Assembly (NCBI GenBank): GCA_964367355.1
Contig: CAYIWY010000005.1
Location: 19,133 to 83,132 of the forward strand
DNA: 64,000 nt
Source of the DNA: an uncultured Gammaproteobacteria bacterium
GTDB taxonomy: Bacteria > Patescibacteriota > Microgenomatia > Woykebacterales > RBG-16-39-9b
Direction: 5' to 3'
A program made the translations under genes and the position numbers. Positions 30,962-40,227 of this stretch are shown here, piece after piece. The notes beneath the pieces are model-generated. The model saw only the letters and a list, made by a program, of their open reading frames with translations, searched no databases and was not told the DNA's origin. Each line of letters starts with the position of its first letter. Positions within the stretch are counted from its first letter, which is position 1.

Positions 30962-31472
30962 AATCCGATTAAATCAAAAAGGATTTGGGGTTATTTCAGC
31001 TATTATACTTTTAGCTTTAATTTTTGCTGGGTTAAATGCTTACGCTTATTACAACCCTTCCTTTTCTTTGGCAAAGTACTCTCCTCTCAACTATTTCCGT
31101 TTGAAGCTTGATGAAGAAAGAATCAAAGATTTAAAGAGTTTGGAAAAAGCAGTCCTTTCCTATTACGAAGAGAAAAGTGAAATGCCAGGGAGAGACGGTT
31201 GGTGTGGTCGTATGTCAGGTATCTTGCATCCCGAAGTTGCAACTGCTGTAAGGGGGTATTTCCCCAATGAAGATATCCCCAATGATCCGACCCACGGTGG
31301 GGATGATAAAGACTATTTCTACTATCGAGTTGACCGAGCGCACTATATACTGATGGCGGCTCTTGACGTACCGAAAGAAGATACTAATGGCAAATACAAC
31401 TACACTGCCTGTCACGACTGGCCCGGAAACGACGTGTACAACTACCAAATCAACAACCTCAACTCCAACTGA
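30954..31472 (+). CDS. atypical pilin-like protein
   Basis: start taken at internal Met (MTKIRLNQKGFGVISAIILLALIF); pilin-like hydrophobic N-terminus without Glu at +5; ATGA overlap with upstream pilin. Confidence 0.5.
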   Translation: MTKIRLNQKGFGVISAIILLALIFAGLNAYAYYNPSFSLAKYSPLNYFRLKLDEERIKDLKSLEKAVLSYYEEKSEMPGRDGWCGRMSGILHPEVATAVRGYFPNEDIPNDPTHGGDDKDYFYYRVDRAHYILMAALDVPKEDTNGKYNYTACHDWPGNDVYNYQINNLNSN

Positions 31473-31584
31473 AATTTCCACACCGGGGTGGACATTCTTG
31501 ACAAGGACGGGCCTTGTCGTCTTGCAGATCAACCACCCTAACCTAATTGTTTTCCATTTTGGATTATGCTACTCTCTGATTAGT

Positions 31585-31863
31585 ATGACAAAAATAATTC
31601 CTTTTATAGTCAAAATAACCTACGAGGAGGCTTCTAAAGATGCTCCATTTGTAGCCTATTCACCTGAATTTGATGTTGCTTCAGCAGGACTTACAAAAGC
31701 TCAAGCTAAGAAGAATCTTTCCGAGGCTCTTTCACTAGTTTTAGCTGGGGCAAAGGAGGATGGAAATCTTTCCGAAATTCTTGAAGAAGCAGGTTTTAGT
31801 GAAAAGGAGGGACAGTTTCACCGACAAAAAATAGAGATCGAAGAACTTTCAGTCCACATTTAA
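31585..31863 (+). CDS. hicB: HicB-family antitoxin (UPF0150)
   Basis: start at internal Met (MTKIIPFIVKITYEEASKDAPFVAYSPEFDVASAGLTKAQAKKNLSEAL) fits the HicB N-terminal domain pattern. Confidence 0.6.
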   Translation: MTKIIPFIVKITYEEASKDAPFVAYSPEFDVASAGLTKAQAKKNLSEALSLVLAGAKEDGNLSEILEEAGFSEKEGQFHRQKIEIEELSVHI

Positions 31864-31867
31864 CAAA

Positions 31868-32101
31868 ATGCCCAAAATTTCTCCAATAGATTATCGTATA
31901 TTAATAAAAATACTTGAACATGAAGGTGCAGTTGTTGTTGGCCAGAAAGGTAGTCACATCGTGATGACTAAGAAAGGTGCAAAACGTCGTTTGGTTATCC
32001 CATCTTATAAACAACTACCAATCTTCATCATTTTAAATAATTTAAAAACAGCGGGTATAAGTCGAGATCGATACCTGGAACTGTTAGATAAGTTAAATTA
32101 A
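31868..32101 (+). CDS. hicA: HicA-family mRNA interferase toxin (YcfA-like)
   Basis: 77 aa; GQKGSHIVMTKKGAKRRLVIPSYKQLPIFIILNNLKTAGIS fits the GSH-x-F-Hp...vP-H-K...G-Tl...IlkqaG pattern. Confidence 0.6.
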   Translation: MPKISPIDYRILIKILEHEGAVVVGQKGSHIVMTKKGAKRRLVIPSYKQLPIFIILNNLKTAGISRDRYLELLDKLN

Positions 32102-32130
32102 ATTTCCACTCCCGGAGTGGAAATTTAAAA
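32101..32130 (+). terminator. rho-independent terminator after hicA
   Basis: perfect hairpin aatttccactc-ccgg-agtggaaattt followed by A/T-rich run. Confidence 0.5.
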
Positions 32131-32218
32131 AGGTAGGTGCATAATACTTGATTGGTCAGAGTTGATACTCTATAATGAAGTTAGACATTATGAGTTTCTT
32201 AACGATATAATTTACGTA

Positions 32219-32896
32219 ATGAGTTCTGCTCAACTCCACTCTAATCCAAAAATCTCTCAATCAGGCCAAGGAATACTTGAGGTAATTGTCACTATTGGCA
32301 TTGGGACAATTATGATTATGGCTCTGGTCGTGCTGTCGGTTCGAACCAACCGTTCGAGTGACTTTTCCAAAGCTTCTTCCCAAGCTTCCAGTCTCGCCTC
32401 CGAAGGGATTGAAATTATTACAAATCTTAAGGAGATGAATGGTACTACCCCAGGGGGAGTTAGATTATTCACATTAGATGACATTGCCTCTTGTACTGGA
32501 AACAGCTCAAATTTACGAAGTTGGGATGATTTGTTTGGAATAGACATTAATGATAATATTTCTTGCCCAGCAGGTTCTCATGGAAGAGTTGGTTACATAA
32601 TAGAACCATCGTGTAATGATGTGACTAACACGACTTTTAACTGTATTTCATTTCCAACAGCAAATCCAGCCCTAGGATCTGAGTTGGTCGACACACGGAC
32701 TTATATTAGAGAAGTTTTTATCGCCGATACTCCGGTTAGTTCTACCCCACCTGGGAAAAGTAATTGCAACACAAACGATGACACAGATCCAAATGTTGGA
32801 GATTGGGATAACATTAAACAATTTGCAGTTGTAGTTAGTTGGACAGATTCTTCCGGTTCGCACAACCAAACTCAAACAACCTGTTTACAAAGATGA
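32219..32896 (+). CDS. minor pilin/pseudopilin
   Basis: start at internal Met; SQSG|QGILEVIVTIGIG gives Glu at +5 after a Gly cleavage site. Confidence 0.55.
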   Translation: MSSAQLHSNPKISQSGQGILEVIVTIGIGTIMIMALVVLSVRTNRSSDFSKASSQASSLASEGIEIITNLKEMNGTTPGGVRLFTLDDIASCTGNSSNLRSWDDLFGIDINDNISCPAGSHGRVGYIIEPSCNDVTNTTFNCISFPTANPALGSELVDTRTYIREVFIADTPVSSTPPGKSNCNTNDDTDPNVGDWDNIKQFAVVVSWTDSSGSHNQTQTTCLQR

Positions 32897-32943
32897 AAAT
32901 TTTATTTTCGAGTTCTAAAAAACCGTGGATTCTTAATCCACGG

Positions 32944-33537
32944 ATGAAGGCCGAAGAAAACGAAACTTTAGAGATGAAACCGAGGGTCTTAACCCTCAGA
33001 GGTTCATTCATAAATAAAAAAGGTTTCACCCTACTCGAAGTGCTGGTAACGACTGCAATCATCGGTGTTCTTTTTGTTGTTTCTTCCTCGATTTTTATCA
33101 ACACCATCCGCAGCGCCAATAAAGCCAATATAACCAATGAAGCTAAAGAAAATTCAAGTTTGCTGATCGAAAGTTTACAGCGGGACGTTAGAAATTCTAC
33201 TGGAGCCTCAGTTACCCTTGCTGGACTTCCAGGTCCTACCGGGGATACTTTGACCATTACCACAGCCTCTGGAAGCTCTATTACTTGGATTTGTTCAGCC
33301 GCGACGTCAACAGATAATGGATATATCACACGAGAAGCCCTTACTGTCACAAACAGAGACCCAGTTAACGGGGTTAGTGTAGTAGACTGCAGCAATTTTT
33401 TCACAGTAACAGCTGGAGCTAATTATTTGCTTACAATTGACTTTGGTTTTACTCAAGGTAAAGGTGTAACTGGTGGATCACAAGATATTCAAACATTGGT
33501 AAGTCATAAAGTCTCGATTTCAGCACGGGGCCACTAG
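32944..33537 (+). CDS. type IV minor pilin (KGFTLLEVLV)
   Basis: prepilin motif after a short leader; start likely at an internal Met (32944 or 32974). Confidence 0.7.
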   Translation: MKAEENETLEMKPRVLTLRGSFINKKGFTLLEVLVTTAIIGVLFVVSSSIFINTIRSANKANITNEAKENSSLLIESLQRDVRNSTGASVTLAGLPGPTGDTLTITTASGSSITWICSAATSTDNGYITREALTVTNRDPVNGVSVVDCSNFFTVTAGANYLLTIDFGFTQGKGVTGGSQDIQTLVSHKVSISARGH

Positions 33538-33590
33538 CCTACTTGACTGATGTTATAAACCTGTTCTAATATTAATTTAATACACATACG

Positions 33591-34598
33591 ATGTCACTGC
33601 CAAAACAAATCAAAAATTCACAGTCCGGACAAATCCTAATTATCTTTTTACTAATTCTCGTGGTTGGTTTGGCAATTGTGCTTTCAATTGCCTCGCGAAC
33701 CGTTACTGACGTTCGCCAGACCACAACTTCCGATGAATCCAACCGAGCTTATTTCGCCGCTGAATCTGGAGTAGAAAATGCTCTAAAAAAGATTCAGGAC
33801 AATTCGATTACTGCTGCATCTTCTGCTGGAGCTGGGGACAATTCAGCATTTATCAACCTCTCCGATGTTAATCGAACAAAAGCAGATGTAAATGTGAAGA
33901 CACTTTCTGTCGGATCGGGTGAAGTTTTCGTATTTCCGAACGCAATAAAAAAAGATGATGTTGCCCAAGTGAATTTAATGAGTGATTTTAATAGTTTAGG
34001 GACTGCAGGATTGGGGGCAAGTATTTTTGGTAGTGAAGGTTTGACAGTTTATTGGACAACGGCTGCTACAATACCAGCAATCGAGGTTTCAGTAATTAGT
34101 TGTTCCTCTTGTGCTTCTGCGACCCCAACTTTTAATATCGCTAAATATACTTTTGATCCAGATTCGGCAAGAGGAGGAGTTGGTCCAACATCTAATGGTT
34201 TTTGTGAAATTGGAGAGGCTGGTTCAACTTTAACTACAGGAAGTTTTGTCAAAACTCCTTCGGTTGGATCCGGATCAACCACAACTTTTCAACACCAAGC
34301 TGTTGTTAGATTCCCGACTGCTGCTTGTAGAAATGATAGTGTTGTTGGAAATCCTGTTTTAGCTAGAATCAGATTGCTTTATAGTGACTCAAATGTTGCT
34401 GTTAGCGCTACGACAAATGCATTTACGCCAGAATCTAAATTACTACCGAATCAAGGGTCGTTAATTACTTCAATTGGCTCCACTCCTTCCGGAGTTAACC
34501 GAAAGTTAACTGTTACCCGCCTCTACCCCGCTCTACCGGCGATTTTTGATTACGTTCTTTACAACGGTTCAACAACCTCACCTCTTTCTAAGCCATAA
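33591..34598 (+). CDS. PilX-like minor pilin
   Basis: 335 aa; SQSGQILIIFLLILVVGLAIVL...NRAYFAAESGVENAL resembles the PilX N-terminal domain. Confidence 0.55.
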   Translation: MSLPKQIKNSQSGQILIIFLLILVVGLAIVLSIASRTVTDVRQTTTSDESNRAYFAAESGVENALKKIQDNSITAASSAGAGDNSAFINLSDVNRTKADVNVKTLSVGSGEVFVFPNAIKKDDVAQVNLMSDFNSLGTAGLGASIFGSEGLTVYWTTAATIPAIEVSVISCSSCASATPTFNIAKYTFDPDSARGGVGPTSNGFCEIGEAGSTLTTGSFVKTPSVGSGSTTTFQHQAVVRFPTAACRNDSVVGNPVLARIRLLYSDSNVAVSATTNAFTPESKLLPNQGSLITSIGSTPSGVNRKLTVTRLYPALPAIFDYVLYNGSTTSPLSKP

Positions 34599-34667
34599 AC
34601 TTATCTTTATTTCCTAGTATAAAAGTCTTGCTTAACTTTATAAATCTATGCTAAAATTTACTTAGTT

Positions 34668-35705
34668 ATGCCTGCCATCAATCACTTTGGTTTAGATATT
34701 GGTACACATAGTATCAAAGTCGTACAACTTACCGGTTCAACCGAAACTCCCACATTTGTAACAGCTGGTCTTTTCCCAACCCCAAATAATGTTTTTGTTT
34801 CTGAAGCACCTGAAGATCAACAAGCACTAGCAGAAACGATAAAAAATCTTCTTAAGGAAGCGCGGATTACGACCAATCGGGTTGTTACGGCTCTACCTGA
34901 ATCCCAAATATTCACTCGGGTTGTCGAAATGCCGCAACTTTCCAAACAAGAAATGGAAAGCGCGATTGATTATGAAGCCGAGCAGTACGTGCCGATACCG
35001 ATTTCCGAAGTCAGACTGACCTGGCAGGTAATTTCCTCGCGTGTGGGACCGGATAAAAAAACAATTATGGATGTACTTCTAGTTGCCGCTCCAAAAAACC
35101 TGATTGAAAAATATTTGAATATTTTAAAAGCCGCTGGTTTGAACCCAGTTTCTTTGGAAACAGAAACCACAGCCGTTATCCGAGCCTTGGTTCAACGAAT
35201 TGCCGGCTCGCCCACAACCTTAGTTTGTAGTATTGGTGCCTCGACTACGGATTTGACAATTATTTCTGACAACCAAATAAAGTTTACGCGTTCAATCGCG
35301 ACTGGAGGTATGGCGCTGGCCAGGGGTGTAGCCAACGATCTTGGGTTTGAAATTGATCAAGCGGTCGAGTATATGAAAACCTACGGTTTGGACGGTACTC
35401 AGCTCGAGGGAAAAGTAATGCAATCGATCAAGCCGGTTTTTGATGTCGTTGTCAACGAAATTCGTCGGGCAATCGCCTACTATAGTGGTAAAAACCCAGA
35501 CAAACCAGTCAAGCGAGTTGTTCTAGCTGGTGGAACGGCGAAGTTACCCGGAATAGTAATTTATTTGGCCGAGTCTTTAGGTCTTGAAGTGCAAATTGGC
35601 AATCCTTGGGATGGAATCGCGCTGCCTCCAGGAATGTCACAAAAATTGATTGAAGAAGGAACTTCGTATAGTGTTGCGGTTGGATTGGCGCTGAAGGCGG
35701 TTTAA
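34668..35705 (+). CDS. pilM: type IV pilus assembly protein PilM (actin-like ATPase fold)
   Basis: 345 aa; FGLDIGTHSIKVVQL N-terminus and overall PilM architecture. Confidence 0.85.
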   Translation: MPAINHFGLDIGTHSIKVVQLTGSTETPTFVTAGLFPTPNNVFVSEAPEDQQALAETIKNLLKEARITTNRVVTALPESQIFTRVVEMPQLSKQEMESAIDYEAEQYVPIPISEVRLTWQVISSRVGPDKKTIMDVLLVAAPKNLIEKYLNILKAAGLNPVSLETETTAVIRALVQRIAGSPTTLVCSIGASTTDLTIISDNQIKFTRSIATGGMALARGVANDLGFEIDQAVEYMKTYGLDGTQLEGKVMQSIKPVFDVVVNEIRRAIAYYSGKNPDKPVKRVVLAGGTAKLPGIVIYLAESLGLEVQIGNPWDGIALPPGMSQKLIEEGTSYSVAVGLALKAV

Positions 35706-35795
35706 AAAATATGAACTTATATCACGCTAAAAAATTGTTGTTTTTAAAAAACCAAGAAGTAATTATTCGCGTGATACTTTATCGAGGACGCTAAA

Positions 35796-36362
35796 GTGGA
35801 ATCTGGAATAAACCTACTACCGGAAATAACTGAAAAAGAAATAAAAGCTGGTGTTTACCAGAAGAAGGTTAATATTGCTGCAATTGGAGCCCTCTTTGCA
35901 GTCGGTATAATAATTCTCGGGTTAATCTCCTATAAAGTCTTTTTGAAAGTTAGTGCCGACACTGTCGAAAATAAATCACATCAGGCAGAAGAGAGAATTT
36001 CCAAAAATAGCGCAATCGAAATCACACACCTTTCCCTGAAAGAAAAATTGGATAAAACCCAATCTATTTTAGAAAGTGAAATGCCAGCCTCAATTTTGAT
36101 TGATGAAGTTACCAAAGCCTCGTTAACAAGTCAGCCAATCACCCTTCAAGGTCTAAGCGCCCAGGCGGATGGAACAGTTTTGGTGGATGGTACGGCCATA
36201 AATTCAACAATTTTTAAGGAATGGATTGATAACCTGACCAATGATAATGCAGCGGATTTTTTCTCGAAAATAAAAATTGTTTCCTTAACCGGTGATCCGT
36301 CAGGTTACAAATTTTCCTTTAGTTTGAGTTTTCTTAAAAAGGGAGTTTATCAACAAAAATGA
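35796..36362 (+). CDS. pilN: PilN-like bitopic membrane protein
   Basis: 188 aa; INLLP motif, single TM, coiled coil; position after pilM. Confidence 0.6.
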   Translation: MESGINLLPEITEKEIKAGVYQKKVNIAAIGALFAVGIIILGLISYKVFLKVSADTVENKSHQAEERISKNSAIEITHLSLKEKLDKTQSILESEMPASILIDEVTKASLTSQPITLQGLSAQADGTVLVDGTAINSTIFKEWIDNLTNDNAADFFSKIKIVSLTGDPSGYKFSFSLSFLKKGVYQQK

Positions 36363-37123
36363 AGCCTAATAGTGTTTTACAAAAAATAACAGCCTACATT
36401 GTTCCGGTCGTCAGTATTTTGGTAGTCTTGATTTTGATACCGGTAGTTATCATGCCACAACTAGATAGTATTGTTGCCTCTAGTAAAATACTAAATAAAA
36501 ACAAGGGTAGATTAGATAAGATTGAATCAAAAGCCAATAAGCTTGAAGAATTAGCTACTCAAAAAGAGGAGCTTGAGAACAATCTTAAGTTTGTCGAAAC
36601 AGTTTTGCCGATAAATAAGGAAGTTGCGGCATTAGTTTTGGGTATTCAAGGTTTAGCGCGAAATAGTGGCTTGGCAGTTTCTTCTTTTAAAATCCAACCA
36701 GGCAAAACCGCCACGCAGTCAGCTAGTCCAGCAGACAAAACTGCCGGCAGTGTGCCAAACACTCCCGCAACACCAACCTCTTCAAAAGAAAATCTGGTTT
36801 TCAATATTGGGTTACAGGGAGATCTGAAATCTTTGAGAACATTTCTAGCAGCTTTAGAGTCAGGAAAACGTATTTTGACTCTTTCGCAAATGAAGTCAAG
36901 TAATACTCTCGGGGCGAACTATACTTTTGATTTGTTCCTTAATTCTCCATTTGGTTCGTTGCCGACACTTTCGAAGGATCAGATTGGTAGTCCCCTAGCA
37001 GAGTTGACCAGTAAAAATCTGAAGCTGCTTGAGGATCTACGTACGCCGATATTTTCTGATATTACTGGCGTTCAGGTAGCACCTGGGCCGACTGGTCCAA
37101 CCAATCCATTTACCGGTAATTAA
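36359..37123 (+). CDS. pilO: PilO-like bitopic membrane protein
   Basis: 254 aa; TM plus coiled coil; overlaps pilN stop; position. Confidence 0.55.
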   Translation: MKPNSVLQKITAYIVPVVSILVVLILIPVVIMPQLDSIVASSKILNKNKGRLDKIESKANKLEELATQKEELENNLKFVETVLPINKEVAALVLGIQGLARNSGLAVSSFKIQPGKTATQSASPADKTAGSVPNTPATPTSSKENLVFNIGLQGDLKSLRTFLAALESGKRILTLSQMKSSNTLGANYTFDLFLNSPFGSLPTLSKDQIGSPLAELTSKNLKLLEDLRTPIFSDITGVQVAPGPTGPTNPFTGN

Positions 37124-37845
37124 CTTTTCTTTTCTAGCAAATCAGGACGTAATCGTTTGGTTTTTTCTAGTGACATCTCTAGTCGCCATTTTTTTATTTT
37201 CTCGTGATCTCCAGAAAGCAAGATATCGGGAACTTTAAGATCTTCAAAAATCTCCGGTCGGGTGTACTGTGGGTACTCAAGTAATTTGCCATCAGCTTGG
37301 CTAAAAGATTCGGCTTCTAAAGATTCCGCGTTTCCGATTACACCTGGAATTAACCTGGCAATAGTTTCCAGTATGACCAAGGTCGCCGCTTCCCCGCCAC
37401 TGAGAACATAATCACCTAAAGAAATTTCTAAATCGACATATTTTTCCCGAAATCGTTGATCAACACCTTCATAGCGACCACAGACAAAAATCAAATGTTC
37501 TTTTGTAGCTAGTTGGTTGGCTAAAGATTGATCAAATTTTTTTCCAGACGGATCAGGGAGAATTACCAGGGAATTAGCCCTTTTTGTTGCTTTGACTGCC
37601 TTTGCTAAAATATCTACTTTTAGAATCATGCCGGCTCCTCCACCGTAAGGACTATCATCGACTTGTTTGTGTGGCAACTCTGAATAATCTCTTAGGTCAA
37701 TAGTTGTGATGTCTAAAATTTTATTTGCGATGGCTTTTTTTACTAAACTCTCGTTTAGCGGCGAAGTAAAATAATCGGGAAAAAGGGTAATGATATCAAA
37801 TTTCATGACTGCTTGTGGAAGGTTACTGCTGATCCTATTGATCAA
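37120..37845 (-). CDS. trmD: tRNA (guanine37-N1)-methyltransferase
   Basis: 241 aa; MKFDIITLFPDYF... SPOUT/TrmD pattern. Confidence 0.95.
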   Translation of the reverse strand: MINRISSNLPQAVMKFDIITLFPDYFTSPLNESLVKKAIANKILDITTIDLRDYSELPHKQVDDSPYGGGAGMILKVDILAKAVKATKRANSLVILPDPSGKKFDQSLANQLATKEHLIFVCGRYEGVDQRFREKYVDLEISLGDYVLSGGEAATLVILETIARLIPGVIGNAESLEAESFSQADGKLLEYPQYTRPEIFEDLKVPDILLSGDHEKIKKWRLEMSLEKTKRLRPDLLEKKS

Positions 37846-38071
37846 GTAAAACCAAATTTACTTTCTTTTTGTCGACAATTGCTTTTGTTCGAATTAAACT
37901 TCTAACCGCCTTAATTATCTTACCGCCTTTACCGATGACTAGTCCCATATCTTCTGGGTTAACTTTCAATTCAAGAACAACTTCTCCAAACTCTCTGGTT
38001 TGTTCACTTACCTTAACGTCAGCAGGATTGTTGACAATATTTTCGACAATGTAGAGTAGGAGTTCTTTCAT
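37835..38071 (-). CDS. KH-domain RNA-binding protein (YlqC/UPF0109-like)
   Basis: 78 aa; VIGKGGKIIKAVRSL GXXG KH motif; conserved rpsP/KH/trmD neighbourhood. Confidence 0.8.
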   Translation of the reverse strand: MKELLLYIVENIVNNPADVKVSEQTREFGEVVLELKVNPEDMGLVIGKGGKIIKAVRSLIRTKAIVDKKKVNLVLLDQ

Positions 38072-38304
38072 TACTTGGTAATTTGTAGTAATTTTTCAAT
38101 CGCCTCGGTCGGACGAGCCCCAACTGAAACCCAATAATCATAACGATTCTTATCGATTTTGAAAAAAACCGGCTTAACTGTGGGGTTGTATTGGCCGAGA
38201 ATTTCCAAGAATTTTCCATTGCGTGCCGCTGCCTCGTCGGCTACGATTACTCGATACTTTGGTTGATTTTTTGTTCCGACTCTTGTAAGTCTTATCTTTA
38301 CCAT
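38071..38304 (-). CDS. rpsP: 30S ribosomal protein S16
   Basis: 77 aa; MVKIRLTRVGTKNQPKYRVIVADEAAARNGKFLEILGQYNP. Confidence 0.95.
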   Translation of the reverse strand: MVKIRLTRVGTKNQPKYRVIVADEAAARNGKFLEILGQYNPTVKPVFFKIDKNRYDYWVSVGARPTEAIEKLLQITK

Positions 38305-38352
38305 AAGTTAAATAACATACTAAATCTTTTAACGAAAGCGATATTACTAAAT

Positions 38353-39033
38353 TTAAGTAAATTTTGCAAGTGCGCTCTCAGCTGCTTCTTGCTCAGCTAT
38401 CTGTTTACTCTTACCACTCCCCTCCCCAACTTGATTTTCGCCGATAAATACACCGACTTTAAAGGTTCGGTTGTGGTCAGGGCCGCTTTCCTCTAAAACT
38501 TTATACGAGGGAGTAGTATTTTGTTTTTCCTGAGCGACTTCCTGAAACGCGCTTTTAAAATCCTTGTAAAGTTTTTTATCAATAATGTCCTCAAGCTTAG
38601 GCAAAAGTTCCGCGTGAATTAGTTTTTTTGCTTGGTCAATTCCACTGTCAAGGTAGATTGCTCCCAGGAGTGCTTCAAACGTATTGGCTAATAAATATTG
38701 GCGATCCCGACCACCGGTAGCTTCTTCACCTTTGGAAAGCAGTAGAAAGTCACCTAAACCGATTTTTTTGGAAACTTCAGCCAATGTACGGGCGTTGACT
38801 AAGGATGAGCGGAAATTGGTTAAGTCGCCTTCAGCGTGGGCAGGGTATTTGATAAAAAGATGCTCTGAGACAACAAAACCAAGCACACTGTCTCCCAAAA
38901 ACTCCAGCCGCTCGTTGTGGGGAATTTTTTCCTCTGGATGTTCGTTCAAATAGGATCTGTGAATAAAGGCGCTTTTTAATAGGTCTTTATCTTTAAAGGT
39001 AACCTGTAGCTTTTTTTCTATATTTTCCAGCAT
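38353..39033 (-). CDS. rnc: ribonuclease III
   Basis: 226 aa; ERLEFLGDSVLG signature plus C-terminal dsRBD. Confidence 0.95.
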   Translation of the reverse strand: MLENIEKKLQVTFKDKDLLKSAFIHRSYLNEHPEEKIPHNERLEFLGDSVLGFVVSEHLFIKYPAHAEGDLTNFRSSLVNARTLAEVSKKIGLGDFLLLSKGEEATGGRDRQYLLANTFEALLGAIYLDSGIDQAKKLIHAELLPKLEDIIDKKLYKDFKSAFQEVAQEKQNTTPSYKVLEESGPDHNRTFKVGVFIGENQVGEGSGKSKQIAEQEAAESALAKFT

Positions 39034-39114
39034 TTAGTTTTTATTGAATTAGTGACTGGTAACTAGCTGTAAAAAGATTACAAGCTAACTAATTACGAAT
39101 AACCAATTCCCTTT

Positions 39115-39354
39115 CTAGACTTCACCGATTTTGTCGGCAATAAAATTAATAATATCTTCCACTTTATCAAATTTCTGACTCTCATGAGGTGGAATCTCGA
39201 TTTGAAATTCATCCTCCAGGCTGACGACTAAATCAGCTATTGTTAAAGGATCAGCATTTAAATCGTCCTGCAAATAGGAGTTTTGGGTAATTTCGTTTAC
39301 GGGAATTCCCAAATGATTGGCGACAATTTCCTTAACACCCTCTTCCACGTTCAT
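39115..39354 (-). CDS. acyl carrier protein homolog lacking the phosphopantetheine-attachment Ser (DPL instead of DSL)
   Basis: 79 aa; aligns with ACP (DDLNADPLTIADLVVSLEDEF versus [21 protein letters not shown]); codon cct (Pro) read at the Ser position. Confidence 0.7.
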   Translation of the reverse strand: MNVEEGVKEIVANHLGIPVNEITQNSYLQDDLNADPLTIADLVVSLEDEFQIEIPPHESQKFDKVEDIINFIADKIGEV

Positions 39355-39851
39355 TTTGTCTTTTTACCTTTCTTTTTGGCAGTCTTTGACATTGCACTTT
39401 CAGTCACATCGGGCATTAATTCTTTAACAACTGTCCCCAAGACACCATTGATAAATTTACTTGAGTTCTCTCCCCCAAATTGTTTCGCGAGCTCGACCGC
39501 TTCATCAATCGCTACTTTCGGAGGAACACTTCTAGCAATATAAAGTTCAAAAATTGAAATCCTTAAAGTTTCCAAATCAACCTTGGCGATTTGCTCAAGT
39601 GGCCATTCGGGGGCAGCCTGGGCGATTATTTTATCGATAGTATCAAGATTTTCGGTGATACCTTTTACCAGGAAAAAAACTAATTTTTGATCAATCTCAG
39701 TTCTTGGAAGTTCGCTGTCACTTTCACTGGAAATATTTTCAAGGTTTCTTTTGGCGATTTCTTCAATGTCAGTTGAGTTAAAGCTCCATTCAAATAAGGA
39801 TTGCAGTGCTACTTTGCGAGCTTCGTGTCGACTGTCTTGCAATTTTTTCAT
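39351..39851 (-). CDS. nusB: transcription antitermination factor NusB
   Basis: 166 aa; ARKVALQSLFEWSF and NusB fold pattern. Confidence 0.85.
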   Translation of the reverse strand: MKKLQDSRHEARKVALQSLFEWSFNSTDIEEIAKRNLENISSESDSELPRTEIDQKLVFFLVKGITENLDTIDKIIAQAAPEWPLEQIAKVDLETLRISIFELYIARSVPPKVAIDEAVELAKQFGGENSSKFINGVLGTVVKELMPDVTESAMSKTAKKKGKKTK

Positions 39852-39891
39852 AAGCAGTGTTGAAACCTTAATCTTCGGTTTGAAAGTAATA

Positions 39892-40110
39892 TTACTTTTC
39901 TTTTGAACTGACTTTAGTAACTTTTGTCTTTATCTTTGGCGCAACTAGGACCTGGCCTTTATAAGTACCACAATTTCCACAAATTTGGTGTGGGATTTTT
40001 AGGTTTTTGCAGTTCTCACAATTTACTAGAGTTGTTTTTGGCAGAGTAATTGCTTTTCGTCTTTTTCCTTGTCGGCCAGATGAAAGTCTTCGTTTTGGTA
40101 ACGGGGTCAT
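39892..40110 (-). CDS. rpmF: 50S ribosomal protein L32
   Basis: 72 aa; PKRRLSSGRQGKRR...C-x2-C...C-x2-C zinc-ribbon L32. Confidence 0.85.
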   Translation of the reverse strand: MTPLPKRRLSSGRQGKRRKAITLPKTTLVNCENCKNLKIPHQICGNCGTYKGQVLVAPKIKTKVTKVSSKEK

Positions 40111-40227
40111 ATTTTTTATTTTTTACAAAACCATTCTAAAACATATATTATGCTTCTGCGCAATATATTCGCCTATTATATTCAAAAGCTGCCTGTAGTG
40201 TCAACCTTAACTCGAAAAAACAGTTTT

